Below, piece by piece: positions 8,105 through 15,973 of a stretch of DNA of 22,262 nt. The translations under genes and the position numbers were made by a program. Every line of letters starts with the position of its first letter. Positions within the stretch are counted from its first letter, which is position 1. This stretch comes from a virus (lineage: Duplodnaviria > Heunggongvirae > Uroviricota > Caudoviricetes): the IMG/VR virus record IMGVR_UViG_2700989171_000001; one strand, given 5' to 3'. Below the pieces are notes generated by a model. That model saw nothing but the letters and a program-made list of their open reading frames with translations. It did no database searches and was not told the origin of the DNA.

Positions 8105-8383
8105 ATGCAACTTACAAGTACTCGCAAGAAAGCGAATGCAATCACAAGCAACATCCTGAATCGAATTGCTGTACGTGGTCAGCGAAAGGTTGCTGATGCA
8201 TTAGGGATTAATGAATCGCAAATTTCGCGATGGAAAGACAGCTTTATCCCAAAGATGGCCATGCTTCTGGCTGTGCTGGAGTGGGGTGTTGAAGACGAGG
8301 AATTAGCAAAGCTAGCAAAGAAAGTAGCCATGGTGCTGACAAAAGAAAAGCCTCAAGACTGCTGCAACAGTTTTGAGGCCTGA
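8105..8383 (+). CDS. c1: C1 (lambda CII-like transcriptional activator), 92 aa
   Basis: ATG at 8105; MQLTSTRKKANAITSNILNRIAVRGQRKVADALGINESQISRWKDSFIPKMAMLLAVLEWGV... matches P22 C1/CII family as recalled. Confidence 0.85.
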   Translation: MQLTSTRKKANAITSNILNRIAVRGQRKVADALGINESQISRWKDSFIPKMAMLLAVLEWGVEDEELAKLAKKVAMVLTKEKPQDCCNSFEA

Positions 8384-8417
8384 TGTAGAAAGACTGGATC
8401 AATCCACAGGAGTCATT

Positions 8418-9317
8418 ATGACAAATACAGCAAAAATACTCAACTTCGGCAGAGGTAACTTTACCGGACAGGAGCGTAATGTGGCAGATCGCGATGATGG
8501 TTACGCCAGACTATCAAATATGCTGCTTGAGGCTTATTCAGGCGCAGATCTGACCAAGCGACAATTTAAAGTGCTGCTTGCCATTCTGCGTAAAACCTAT
8601 GGGTGGAATAAACCAATGGACAGAATCACCGATTCTCAACTTAGCGAGATTACAAAGTTACCTGTCAAACGGTGCAATGAAGCCAAGTTAGAACTCGTCA
8701 GAATGAATATTATCAAGCAGCAAGGCGGCATGTTTGGACCAAATAAAAACATCTCAGAATGGTGTATCCCTCAAAACGAGGGAAAATCCCCTAAAACGAG
8801 GGATAAAACATCCCTCAAATTGGGGGATTGCTATCCCTCAAAACAGGGGGACACAAAAGACACTATTACAAAAGAAAAAAGAAAAGATTATTCGTCAGAG
8901 AATTCTGGCGAATCCTCTGACCAGCCAGAAAACGACCTTTCTGTGGTGAAACCGGATGCTGCAATTCAGAGCGGCAGCAAGTGGGGGACAGCAGAAGACC
9001 TGACCGCCGCAGAGTGGATGTTTGACATGGTGAAGACCATCGCGCCATCAGCCAGAAAACCGAATTTTGCTGGGTGGGCTAACGATATCCGCCTGATGCG
9101 TGAACGTGACGGACGTAACCATCGCGACATGTGTGTACTTTTCCGCTGGGCCTGCCAGGACAACTTCTGGTCCGGTAACGTGCTTAGCCCGGCCAAACTC
9201 CGCGACAAGTGGACCCAGCTCGAAATCAACCGTAACAAGCAACAGGCAGTCGTGACAGCCAGCAAACCAAAACTCGACCTGACAAACACAGACTGGATTT
9301 ACGGGGTGGATCTATGA
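8418..9317 (+). CDS. O: Replication initiator O (lambda-type)
   Basis: ATG at 8418 with GGAG RBS; MTNTAKILNFGRGNFTGQERNVADRDDGYARLSNMLLEAYSGADLTKRQFKVLLAILRKTYGW... matches lambda O. Confidence 0.95.
   Translation: MTNTAKILNFGRGNFTGQERNVADRDDGYARLSNMLLEAYSGADLTKRQFKVLLAILRKTYGWNKPMDRITDSQLSEITKLPVKRCNEAKLELVRMNIIKQQGGMFGPNKNISEWCIPQNEGKSPKTRDKTSLKLGDCYPSKQGDTKDTITKEKRKDYSSENSGESSDQPENDLSVVKPDAAIQSGSKWGTAEDLTAAEWMFDMVKTIAPSARKPNFAGWANDIRLMRERDGRNHRDMCVLFRWACQDNFWSGNVLSPAKLRDKWTQLEINRNKQQAVVTASKPKLDLTNTDWIYGVDL
8766..8900 (+). repeat. Lambda-type replication origin: four iterons plus AT-rich segment inside O
   Basis: Four tandem about 19-20 bp repeats (atccctcaaaacgagggaaa / atcccctaaaacgagggata / atccctcaaattgggggatt / atccctcaaaacagggggac) followed by aaagaaaaaagaaaagattatt. 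Confidence 0.85.
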
Positions 9318-10015
9318 AAAACATCGCCGCACAGATGGTTAACTTTGACCGTGAGCAGATGCGTCGGATCGCCAACAACATGCCGGAACAGTACGACGAA
9401 AAGCCGCAGGTACAGCAGGTAGCGCAGATCATCAACGGTGTGTTCAGCCAGTTACTGGCAACTTTCCCGGCGAGCCTGGCTAACCGTGACCAGAACGAAC
9501 TGAACGAAATCCGCCGCCAGTGGGTTCTGGCTTTCCGGGAAAACGGGATCACCACAATGGAACAGGTTAACGCAGGAATGCGCGTAGCCCGTCGGCAGAA
9601 TCGACCATTTCTGCCATCACCCGGGCAGTTTGTTGCATGGTGCCGGGAAGAAGCATCCGTTATCGCCGGACTGCCAAACGTCAGCGAGCTGGTTGATATG
9701 GTTTACGAGTATTGCCGGAAGCGAGGCCTGTATCCGGATGCGGAGTCTTATCCGTGGAAATCAAACGCGCACTACTGGCTGGTTACCAACCTGTATCAGA
9801 ACATGCGGGCCAATGCGCTTACTGATGCGGAATTACGCCGTAAGGCCGCAGATGAGCTTGTCCATATGACTGCGAGAATTAACCGTGGTGAGGCGATCCC
9901 TGAACCAGTAAAACAACTTCCTGTCATGGGCGGTAGACCTCTAAATCGTGCACAGGCTCTGGCGAAGATCGCAGAAATCAAAGCTAAGTTCGGACTGAAA
10001 GGAGCAAGTGTATGA
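9314..10015 (+). CDS. P: Replication protein P (DnaB helicase loader)
   Basis: ATGA overlap with O stop; MKNIAAQMVNFDREQMRRIANNMPEQYDEKPQVQQVAQIINGVFSQLLATFPASLANRDQNE... matches lambda P. Confidence 0.95.
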   Translation: MKNIAAQMVNFDREQMRRIANNMPEQYDEKPQVQQVAQIINGVFSQLLATFPASLANRDQNELNEIRRQWVLAFRENGITTMEQVNAGMRVARRQNRPFLPSPGQFVAWCREEASVIAGLPNVSELVDMVYEYCRKRGLYPDAESYPWKSNAHYWLVTNLYQNMRANALTDAELRRKAADELVHMTARINRGEAIPEPVKQLPVMGGRPLNRAQALAKIAEIKAKFGLKGASV

Positions 10016-10302
10016 CGGGCAAAGAGGCAATTATTCATTACCTGGGGACGCATAATAGCTTCTGTGCGCCGGACGTTGCCGCGCTAACAGGCGCAACAGT
10101 AACCAGCATAAATCAGGCCGCGGCTAAAATGGCACGGGCAGGTCTTCTGGTTATCGAAGGTAAGGTCTGGCGAACGGTGTATTACCGGTTTGCTACCAGG
10201 GAAGAACGGGAAGGAAAGATGAGCACGAACCTGGTTTTTAAGGAGTGTCGCCAGAGTGCCGCGATGAAACGGGTATTGGCGGTATATGGAGTTAAAAGAT
10301 GA
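10012..10302 (+). CDS. ren: Ren (Rex exclusion escape), 96 aa
   Basis: ATGA overlap with P; MTGKEAIIHYLGTHNSFCAPDVAALTGATVTSINQAAAKMARAGLLVIEGKVWRTVYYRF... matches lambda Ren. Confidence 0.9.
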   Translation: MTGKEAIIHYLGTHNSFCAPDVAALTGATVTSINQAAAKMARAGLLVIEGKVWRTVYYRFATREEREGKMSTNLVFKECRQSAAMKRVLAVYGVKR

Positions 10303-10317
10303 CCATCTACATTACTG

Positions 10318-10346
10318 AGCTAATAACAGGCCTGCTGGTAATCGCA
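10318..10346 (+). terminator. Putative rho-independent terminator (tR2-like) between ren and ninB
   Basis: AGGCCTGC-tggtaatc-GCAGGCCT followed by TTTTTATTT. Confidence 0.65.
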
Positions 10347-10375
10347 GGCCTTTTTATTTGGGGGAGAGGGAAGCC

Positions 10376-10816
10376 ATGAAAAAACTAACCTTTGAAATTC
10401 GATCTCCAGCACATCAGCAAAACGCTATTCACGCAGTACAGCAAATCCTTCCAGACCCAACCAAACCAATCGTAGTAACCATTCAGGAACGCAACCGCAG
10501 CTTAGACCAAAACAGGAAACTATGGGCCTGCTTAGGTGACGTCTCTCGTCAGGTTGAATGGCATGGTCGCTGGCTGGATGCAGAAAGCTGGAAGTGTGTG
10601 TTTACCGCAGCATTAAAGCAGCAGGACGTTGTTCCTAACCTTGCCGGGAATGGCTTTGTGGTAATAGGCCAGTCAACCAGCAGGATGCGTGTAGGCGAAT
10701 TTGCGGAGCTATTAGAGCTTATACAGGCATTCGGTACAGAGCGTGGCGTTAAGTGGTCAGACGAAGCGAGACTGGCTCTGGAGTGGAAAGCGAGATGGGG
10801 AGATCGGGCTGCATGA
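10376..10816 (+). CDS. ninB: NinB (Orf family recombination mediator), 146 aa
   Basis: ATG at 10376 with GGGGGAGAGGG RBS; MKKLTFEIRSPAHQQNAIHAVQQILPDPTKPIVVTIQERNRSLDQNRKLWACLGDVSRQVEWHGRW... matches lambda NinB. Confidence 0.9.
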   Translation: MKKLTFEIRSPAHQQNAIHAVQQILPDPTKPIVVTIQERNRSLDQNRKLWACLGDVSRQVEWHGRWLDAESWKCVFTAALKQQDVVPNLAGNGFVVIGQSTSRMRVGEFAELLELIQAFGTERGVKWSDEARLALEWKARWGDRAA

Positions 10817-11340
10817 CTATCAAATCAAATACGCCAGCACACGACAAGGACTGCTGGCAAACGCCGCTTTGGCTTTTTGATGCACTGGATATTGAGTTTG
10901 GATTCTGGCTGGATTCGGCAGCGAGCGACAAAAATGCTCTGTGTGCTCACTGGCTAACTGAGGCCGACGACGCGCTCAATTCTGAGTGGGTAAGCCACGG
11001 TGCAATCTGGAATAACCCACCGTACAGCAATATCAGGCCGTGGGTGGAAAAAGTCGCTGAGCAGTGCATACAACAGCGACAGACGGTAGTTATGCTTGTG
11101 CCAGAGGATATGTCAGTCGGATGGTTCAGCAAGGCTCTGGAGAGTGTCGACGAAGTTCGCATTATCACTGATGGACGGATTAATTTTATCGAACCATCGA
11201 CAGGGCTGGAGAAGAAGGGAAACAGCAAAGGCTCCATGCTGCTGATTTGGCGACCGTTCATCAGTCCTCGACGGATGTTTACTACCGTATCCAAAGCGGC
11301 ATTGATGGCGATCGGGCAGGGCGTCAGGAGGGCGGCATGA
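10813..11340 (+). CDS. Phage-type DNA N6-adenine methyltransferase (Dam-like), 175 aa
   Basis: ATGA-coupled to ninB; motif [10 protein letters not shown] is the (D/N)PPY catalytic motif of N6-adenine methyltransferases; occupies the lambda ninC/ninD position. Confidence 0.75.
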   Translation: MTIKSNTPAHDKDCWQTPLWLFDALDIEFGFWLDSAASDKNALCAHWLTEADDALNSEWVSHGAIWNNPPYSNIRPWVEKVAEQCIQQRQTVVMLVPEDMSVGWFSKALESVDEVRIITDGRINFIEPSTGLEKKGNSKGSMLLIWRPFISPRRMFTTVSKAALMAIGQGVRRAA

Positions 11341-11519
11341 GACGACAGCGACGAAGTATCACCGACATCATCTGCGAAAACTGCAAATACCTTCCAACGA
11401 AACGCTCCAGAAATAAACGCAAGCCAATCCCAAAAGAATCTGACGTAAAAACCTTCAACTACACGGCTCACCTGTGGGATATCCGGTGGCTAAGACATCG
11501 TGCGAGGAATACAAGGTGA
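11337..11519 (+). CDS. ninE: NinE (60 aa)
   Basis: ATGA-coupled to the methyltransferase; [60 protein letters not shown]. Confidence 0.75.
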   Translation: MRRQRRSITDIICENCKYLPTKRSRNKRKPIPKESDVKTFNYTAHLWDIRWLRHRARNTR

Positions 11520-11686
11520 TTGACCCAAATCGAAGTTACGAACAAGAAAGCGTCGAGCGGGCTTTAACGTGCGCTAATTGCGGTCAGAAGCTGCATGTGC
11601 TGGAAGTTCACGTGTGTGAGTACTGCTGTGCAGAGCTGATGAGCGATTCGAATAGCTCGATGCACGAGGAAGAAGATGATGGCTAA
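11516..11686 (+). CDS. ninF: NinF (about 56 aa), Cys-rich
   Basis: Probable GTG start at 11516 overlapping the ninE stop (ggTGAtt); ...[55 protein letters not shown]; the upstream ATG at 11474 would overlap ninE by 46 nt. Confidence 0.6.
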
Positions 11687-12290
11687 ACCAGCGCGAAGAC
11701 GATGTAAAAACGATGAATGTCGGGAATGGTTTCACCCTGCATTCGCTAATCAGTGGTGGTGCTCTCCAGAGTGTGGAACCAAGATAGCACTCGAACGACG
11801 AAGTAAAGAACGCGAAAAAGCGGAAAAAGCAGCAGAGAAGAAACGACGACGAGAGGAGCAGAAACAGAAAGATAAACTTAAGATTAGAAAACTCGCCTTA
11901 AAGCCCCGCAGTTACTGGATTAAACAAGCCCAACAAGCCGTAAACGCCTTCATCAGAGAAAGAGACCGCGACTTACCATGTATCTCTTGCGGAACGCTCA
12001 CGTCTGCTCAGTGGGATGCCGGACATTACCGGACAACTGCTGCGGCACCTCAACTCCGATTTGATGAACGCAATATTCACAAGCAATGCGTGGTGTGCAA
12101 CCAGCACAAAAGCGGAAATCTCGTTCCGTATCGCGTCGAACTGATTAGCCGCATCGGGCAGGAAGCAGTAGACGAAATCGAATCAAACCATAACCGCCAT
12201 CGCTGGACTGTTGAAGAGTGCAGGGCCATCAAGGCGGAGTATCAGCAGAAACTCAAAGACCTGCGAAACAGCAGAAGTGAGGCCGCATGA
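11676..12290 (+). CDS. ninG: NinG / Rap recombination endonuclease (204 aa)
   Basis: [63 protein letters not shown]... matches lambda NinG (Rap). Confidence 0.9.
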
Positions 12291-12333
12291 CGTTCTCAGT
12301 AAAAACCATTCCAGATCACAAGGGAGAAGGCGC

Positions 12334-12822
12334 ATGGGCATAAGAGAACTAAACCTCACCAAAGAACAGCACGAGTGGCTGAATGGCTGGCTTGAACTGT
12401 GGGGCGCATGGGTTTATTCAGGTCGTCTGGAAAAGCGCATGAGCAGCGTAATAGCGAAGTTCATGGAGAGCGTAGAGCCGGGAAGAGTTATGACAAGGCC
12501 AATGTGTAATGATGATGATGGAATGTTGATTTCTCAGGTCGTCGATTCCGTCATGTACATTGACAAGAAAGCCTTTGGCATCCTCCTCAGCTACTACGCC
12601 CACGGCTCTTCCAAGCACGCCATTGCATCTTACTATCATCGCGTCGCAAGACCTCGCAAGATGTTATGCCGGGGCGGCGGGCGCATTCAAAAACCATCGC
12701 TCGCAACCTGTCGACGGGAAGTTGACGAAATCATCAATGCCTCGTTGTTTATGATTTACCCGGTTCTGGATAGTGCGTTTAAAAACCGGAAACGTGTAGA
12801 GAAAATTAAACATATAGCATAG
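12334..12822 (+). CDS. Q: Late-gene antiterminator Q, phage 21 / QuuD-like family (162 aa)
   Basis: ATG at 12334 with AAGGGAGAAGG RBS directly after ninG (no ninH/ninI); MGIRELNLTKEQHEWLNGWLELWGAWVYSGRLEKR...PMCNDDDGML... resembles Q21-type antiterminators rather than lambda Q; sits immediately upstream of phage-21-type lysis genes. Confidence 0.7.
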   Translation: MGIRELNLTKEQHEWLNGWLELWGAWVYSGRLEKRMSSVIAKFMESVEPGRVMTRPMCNDDDGMLISQVVDSVMYIDKKAFGILLSYYAHGSSKHAIASYYHRVARPRKMLCRGGGRIQKPSLATCRREVDEIINASLFMIYPVLDSAFKNRKRVEKIKHIA

Positions 12823-12825
12823 AAC

Positions 12826-12913
12826 GTGTTGACATCATTGAGCAAATGAGCAACACTATTCGCATAAGCTGCCGTTAGTGACTCTTAAGTTGCAACGGTG
12901 GCTTTTTTTATTT
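12826..12913 (+). promoter_or_regulatory. Putative late promoter pR' / qut region with promoter-proximal terminator-like T-run
   Basis: TTGACA at 12830..12835 directly after Q; downstream GC-containing inverted repeat (gccgtt...aacggtggc, includes palindrome gttgcaac) followed by T8 at 12903..12913; the stem is imperfect. Confidence 0.4.
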
Positions 12914-12988
12914 GGGTCAGTCGTATAAAGGTCATTACGGAAGGCTGTTAACCTTCTTATCGTGGTTCGAGTCCACGCTGTCCCGCCA
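12914..12988 (+). tRNA. tRNA-like gene, anticodon GTT (Asn) by manual fold; possibly degenerate
   Basis: 75 nt ending in CCA; perfect anticodon stem gaagg/ccttc with loop ctGTTaa; T-arm cgtgg-ttcgagt-ccacg; but one mismatch in the acceptor stem (gggtcag/ctgtccc) and a 3-bp D-stem. Confidence 0.45.
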
Positions 12989-12993
12989 AATAT

Positions 12994-13069
12994 GCTGGTT
13001 TAGCTCCAATGGTAGAGCGGTCGCCTTGTAAGCGAATGGGTAGCGGTTCAAGTCCGTTAACCAGCACCA
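12994..13069 (+). tRNA. tRNA, anticodon TGT (Thr) by manual fold
   Basis: Perfect 7-bp acceptor stem gctggtt/aaccagc, D-arm gctc-caatggta-gagc, anticodon loop ctTGTaa, T-arm agcgg-ttcaagt-ccgtt, discriminator A plus CCA. Confidence 0.65.
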
Positions 13070-13187
13070 TAACTGAGCCGTAGCCACTGGATGTCCTGAA
13101 TTCATCAGTGATAGTTATGCTGCGGTCTTCTTTTTCTCCCTTCCCAATATAAGAACTACGCAATCCGTTACTGGCGGAGGCGTTGCT

Positions 13188-13403
13188 ATGAAATCAATGG
13201 ACAAAATCTCAACTGGCATTGCCTACGGAACATCCGCTGGTAGTGCGGGATACTGGTTTTTGCAGTGGTTGGATCAGGTCAGTCCATCACAGTGGGCTGC
13301 GATTGGGGTGCTTGGAAGCCTTGTGTTGGGCTTTCTCACCTATCTGACAAATCTGTACTTCAAAATCAGAGAAGACAGAAGAAAGGCTGCGAGAGGTGAA
13401 TAA
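13188..13403 (+). CDS. S: Pinholin / antiholin, phage 21 S21-type (71 aa, dual start Met1/Met4)
   Basis: GGAGG RBS; [71 protein letters not shown] matches S21 as recalled; two transmembrane segments. Confidence 0.9.
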   Translation: MKSMDKISTGIAYGTSAGSAGYWFLQWLDQVSPSQWAAIGVLGSLVLGFLTYLTNLYFKIREDRRKAARGE

Positions 13404-13900
13404 TGCCTCCATCATTACGAAAAGCCGTTGCTGCGGCTATTGGTGGCGGGGCTATTGCTATAGCATCTGTGTTAATCACTGGCCCAAGTGGTAACGATGG
13501 TCTGGAAGGCGTCAGCTACATACCATATAAAGATATCGTTGGTGTATGGACTGTATGTTACGGGCATACCGGAAAAGACATTATGCTCGGTAAAACGTAT
13601 ACCGAAGCAGAATGCAAAGCCCTCCTGAATAAAGACCTTGCCACTGTCGCCAGACAAATTAACCCGTACATCAAAGTCGATATACCGGAAACAACGCGCG
13701 GCGCTCTTTACTCGTTCGTTTACAACGTTGGTGCTGGAAATTTCAGAACATCGACGCTTCTTCGCAAAATAAACCAGGGCGATATCAAAGGCGCATGTGA
13801 TCAGCTACGGCGCTGGACATACGCTGGCGGTAAGCAATGGAAAGGTCTCATGACTCGTCGTGAGATTGAGCGTGAAGTCTGTTTATGGGGGAAGCAATGA
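13403..13900 (+). CDS. R: SAR endolysin (lysozyme with N-terminal signal-anchor-release segment), R21-type
   Basis: TAATG overlap with S; N-terminal [20 protein letters not shown] hydrophobic Gly/Ala-rich SAR segment followed by a lysozyme-like domain; matches phage 21 R as recalled. Confidence 0.9.
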   Translation: MPPSLRKAVAAAIGGGAIAIASVLITGPSGNDGLEGVSYIPYKDIVGVWTVCYGHTGKDIMLGKTYTEAECKALLNKDLATVARQINPYIKVDIPETTRGALYSFVYNVGAGNFRTSTLLRKINQGDIKGACDQLRRWTYAGGKQWKGLMTRREIEREVCLWGKQ

Positions 13901-14289
13901 AGATCCACTACAAGATAATTATCTTCGCGTTCGCATTGAGCGTACTGGGCGTCATCGTTTGGTCAGCAAGCCATTATCACGATAAGTATCAGGCGGAACG
14001 GCTACGCGCAGATGCTGCCGAGCAGAACGCCAACGCCGCCGAAGCGATCACCGCCAACGTCATTCGGTCTGTGAACATCATCAACGCCATTGCAGAGGCC
14101 AACCAGGATGCAAAGAACCAGATCACACTGGAGTCACAGGGAGCCCAAGCAGATATCAAAGTGGCTATTGAGAATGATGACTGCGCTCATCGGCCTGTGC
14201 CTCCTGCAACTGCTCACCGGCTGCGGCAATTCGCGGACAGTTTACGTACCGGTATCGGTAGTGCCTCTACCGGCAAACCTGACAGCTGA
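13897..14289 (+). CDS. Rz: Spanin, inner-membrane subunit (Rz-like), 130 aa
   Basis: ATGA overlap with R; N-terminal transmembrane segment [16 protein letters not shown] followed by charged, coiled-coil-like periplasmic region. Confidence 0.7.
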   Translation: MKIHYKIIIFAFALSVLGVIVWSASHYHDKYQAERLRADAAEQNANAAEAITANVIRSVNIINAIAEANQDAKNQITLESQGAQADIKVAIENDDCAHRPVPPATAHRLRQFADSLRTGIGSASTGKPDS

Positions 14290-14431
14290 GACGCAACAGC
14301 CAGCCATTCCCGAACCGCTGACCTATGGGGCCAGTCTGGAGCTGAATGTTAGCCTGCTATCGGCGCTGGGTCAGTGCAACATCGATAAGGCTAGTATCAG
14401 GAAGATTGAAGAGTCTCGGACCTCTCTGTAG
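14174..14431 (+). CDS. Rz1: Spanin, outer-membrane lipoprotein subunit (Rz1-like), overlapped architecture
   Basis: +1-frame ORF beginning inside Rz with lipoprotein signal [17 protein letters not shown] (lipobox LLTGC); Pro-rich; extends about 140 nt beyond the Rz stop. Confidence 0.6.
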   Translation: MMTALIGLCLLQLLTGCGNSRTVYVPVSVVPLPANLTAETQQPAIPEPLTYGASLELNVSLLSALGQCNIDKASIRKIEESRTSL

Positions 14432-14551
14432 AAGACTATTTTGCTGCCATGAAGAAGCTTTATATCTTTGGTCAATACATCGAACAGATCAGATAATTCT
14501 TATGTGATTGATGCTATATTTATCCCCTATTTAAACATGGGAGTTACGGAT

Positions 14552-15352
14552 ATGTCTGTCAGTCAAGATATTTATAAGTCTACACTTAGAGTTGAAAGTG
14601 ATACTCCAGAGGGAACCTCGGTAGGAACTGCTTTCTGGTTTTGCTTTGTTATGGAAGGTGGTGAAGATATTGTTCCACTCTTGGTAACTAATAAGCATGT
14701 TGTTAACGGGGCAACAGAAGTTAGGCTACGTCTAAACATTACCGACAGCGCAAATCCTGAGATAAAATTTTATAACCTAACAATTTCAGAGGGGGCAAAT
14801 GCGTTCATTATGCACCCTGATGATAATGTTGATATATGCATATTGCCTATCGCTGGATTGCTGAATGAGATGGAGAAAAGTGGCATTAGCCCAGAACTCT
14901 TCTTTTTCACAGATCGTCAGATGCGTGGTAACAATTACATTACTCCTGTCGAAGATGTTTACATGACAGGATATCCAAATGGATTATGGGATTCTGTAAA
15001 CAATAGGCCTGTTACCAGGAAAGGCATCACAGCATCATCACCTATGGAAAACTGGAAGGGTAAGCCTGAATTCCTCATTGATATGGCTTGTTTCGGTGGT
15101 TCTAGCGGTTCTCCCGTTTATATAATGAACCAAGGCTCATATGCTACTAATGATGGTATTGCTATGGGGGAGAGATTAATTTTCCTTGGGTTGTTGTATG
15201 CAGGGCCAGTAACGAATGTTAGCGGGAATATTGAAATTATTGACGTACCAACAGTCGCTACACCAGTTGTGCGTTCTGAAATTACAATGAATCTCGGATT
15301 TGTTATTAAAGCAGAGAAGCTAAATGACTTTAAGCCTCTCTTGGGGATTTAA
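14552..15352 (+). CDS. Trypsin/chymotrypsin-fold serine peptidase-like protein (266 aa), apparently cytoplasmic; moron of unknown role
   Basis: ATG at 14552 with GGGAG 7 nt upstream; motifs consistent with an S1-type triad: LLVTNKHVV (His49), HPDDNVDICIL (Asp), CFGGSSGSPVY (Ser); no N-terminal signal peptide; locus visibly AT-rich relative to neighbours. Confidence 0.7.
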   Translation: MSVSQDIYKSTLRVESDTPEGTSVGTAFWFCFVMEGGEDIVPLLVTNKHVVNGATEVRLRLNITDSANPEIKFYNLTISEGANAFIMHPDDNVDICILPIAGLLNEMEKSGISPELFFFTDRQMRGNNYITPVEDVYMTGYPNGLWDSVNNRPVTRKGITASSPMENWKGKPEFLIDMACFGGSSGSPVYIMNQGSYATNDGIAMGERLIFLGLLYAGPVTNVSGNIEIIDVPTVATPVVRSEITMNLGFVIKAEKLNDFKPLLGI

Positions 15353-15358
15353 CACAAG

Positions 15359-15379
15359 CCGCCTCCGGACGGTTTTTTT
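15359..15379 (+). terminator. Putative rho-independent terminator after the protease gene
   Basis: Short GC hairpin (ccgcc-tccg-gacgg, one mismatch) immediately followed by T7 (ggttttttta), 7 nt after the stop. Confidence 0.5.
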
Positions 15380-15393
15380 ATTGCTATTACAAA

Positions 15394-15415
15394 AGCCACT
15401 CCATGCCGAGTGGCT
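15394..15415 (-). terminator. Putative terminator-like hairpin, oriented for the minus strand
   Basis: Perfect 8-bp stem agccactc/gagtggct with 6-nt loop; on the minus strand it is followed by UUUU then an A-rich tract. Confidence 0.4.
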
Positions 15416-15485
15416 TTGATAATGGCTTATACCCTACACGGGATAACTTAACTGATATCCCAACAAGCGGATAAAGAGGTTCTCA

Positions 15486-15611
15486 ATGTCCGACATCTAC
15501 CAAATCATGTTAACCACCCAAACAGGCGAAACCTTTACGGGTAAGATGTCACGACGTCAGCGTGAGCTGGTTAATGGCTTTATGCAGCCGGCTACCGAGA
15601 TGGGCGAGTAG
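15486..15611 (+). CDS. Small ORF (41 aa), unknown function
   Basis: ATG at 15486 with AAGAGG 7 nt upstream; MSDIYQIMLTTQTGETFTGKMSRRQRELVNGFMQPATEMGE; below ORF-track cutoff; the RBS is the only coding evidence. Confidence 0.35.
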   Translation: MSDIYQIMLTTQTGETFTGKMSRRQRELVNGFMQPATEMGE

Positions 15612-15700
15612 AATAACTCCATTAGGAGAATGTGGAACCATTACACTTTGAGCCGTTAACTGATATTGATAAAGGTAAATAATATCGTGGTTAAGGCTTT

Positions 15701-15973
15701 CTAATAGCCAGCCATTTGCAAAATCACAGTTGCAGCAGCAGCGAAAGCTGCATATGAGTTATATTTAGACTGTAACCGCGCAGTTAAGAAAAATTCGTGA
15801 AGATCTACATTTTTTTGGGGATCATCAAATGTAATTGCTACAACGGTGCTTCTACCTGTTTTGACTTTGGCTGTTGCTGATTTGATCCATAACCCAGCCG
15901 ATAAAAAACCAAAGAAAATTGATAGTGTATGATGGTCAATTAACCAGTTTTTAATTAGTAATAAATCACTCAT
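15701..15973 (-). CDS. Small membrane protein (90 aa), unknown function, divergent from the terminase genes
   Basis: ATG at 15973..15971 (the track ORF start at 16018 is a TTG); hydrophobic segment HTLSIFFGFLSAGLWI and Ala-rich C-terminal segment; AT-rich. Confidence 0.5.
   Translation of the reverse strand: MSDLLLIKNWLIDHHTLSIFFGFLSAGLWIKSATAKVKTGRSTVVAITFDDPQKNVDLHEFFLTARLQSKYNSYAAFAAAATVILQMAGY

Noticed and set aside
8734-8949. Tandem repeats inside O as a possible CRISPR array or mobile-element terminal repeats
   Set aside because: The four repeats are contiguous with no spacers, lie in frame within the O coding sequence and are followed by an AT-rich stretch, the classic ori-lambda iteron arrangement; no cas genes.
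11474-11686. ATG at 11474 as the ninF start (70-aa product)
   Set aside because: Would overlap ninE by 46 nt; a GTG at 11516 overlapping the ninE stop gives the expected about 56-aa NinF and fits the translational coupling seen throughout the nin region. Not fully excluded.
12957-13163. Minus-strand 68-aa ORF between Q and S
   Set aside because: Spans the two tRNA-like genes on the opposite strand; an artefact of reading through structured RNA genes.
12823-13187. Possible toxin cargo (stx-like) between Q and S
   Set aside because: The interval is only about 365 bp and is filled by the promoter/terminator region and the two tRNA-like genes; no protein-coding ORF of toxin size.
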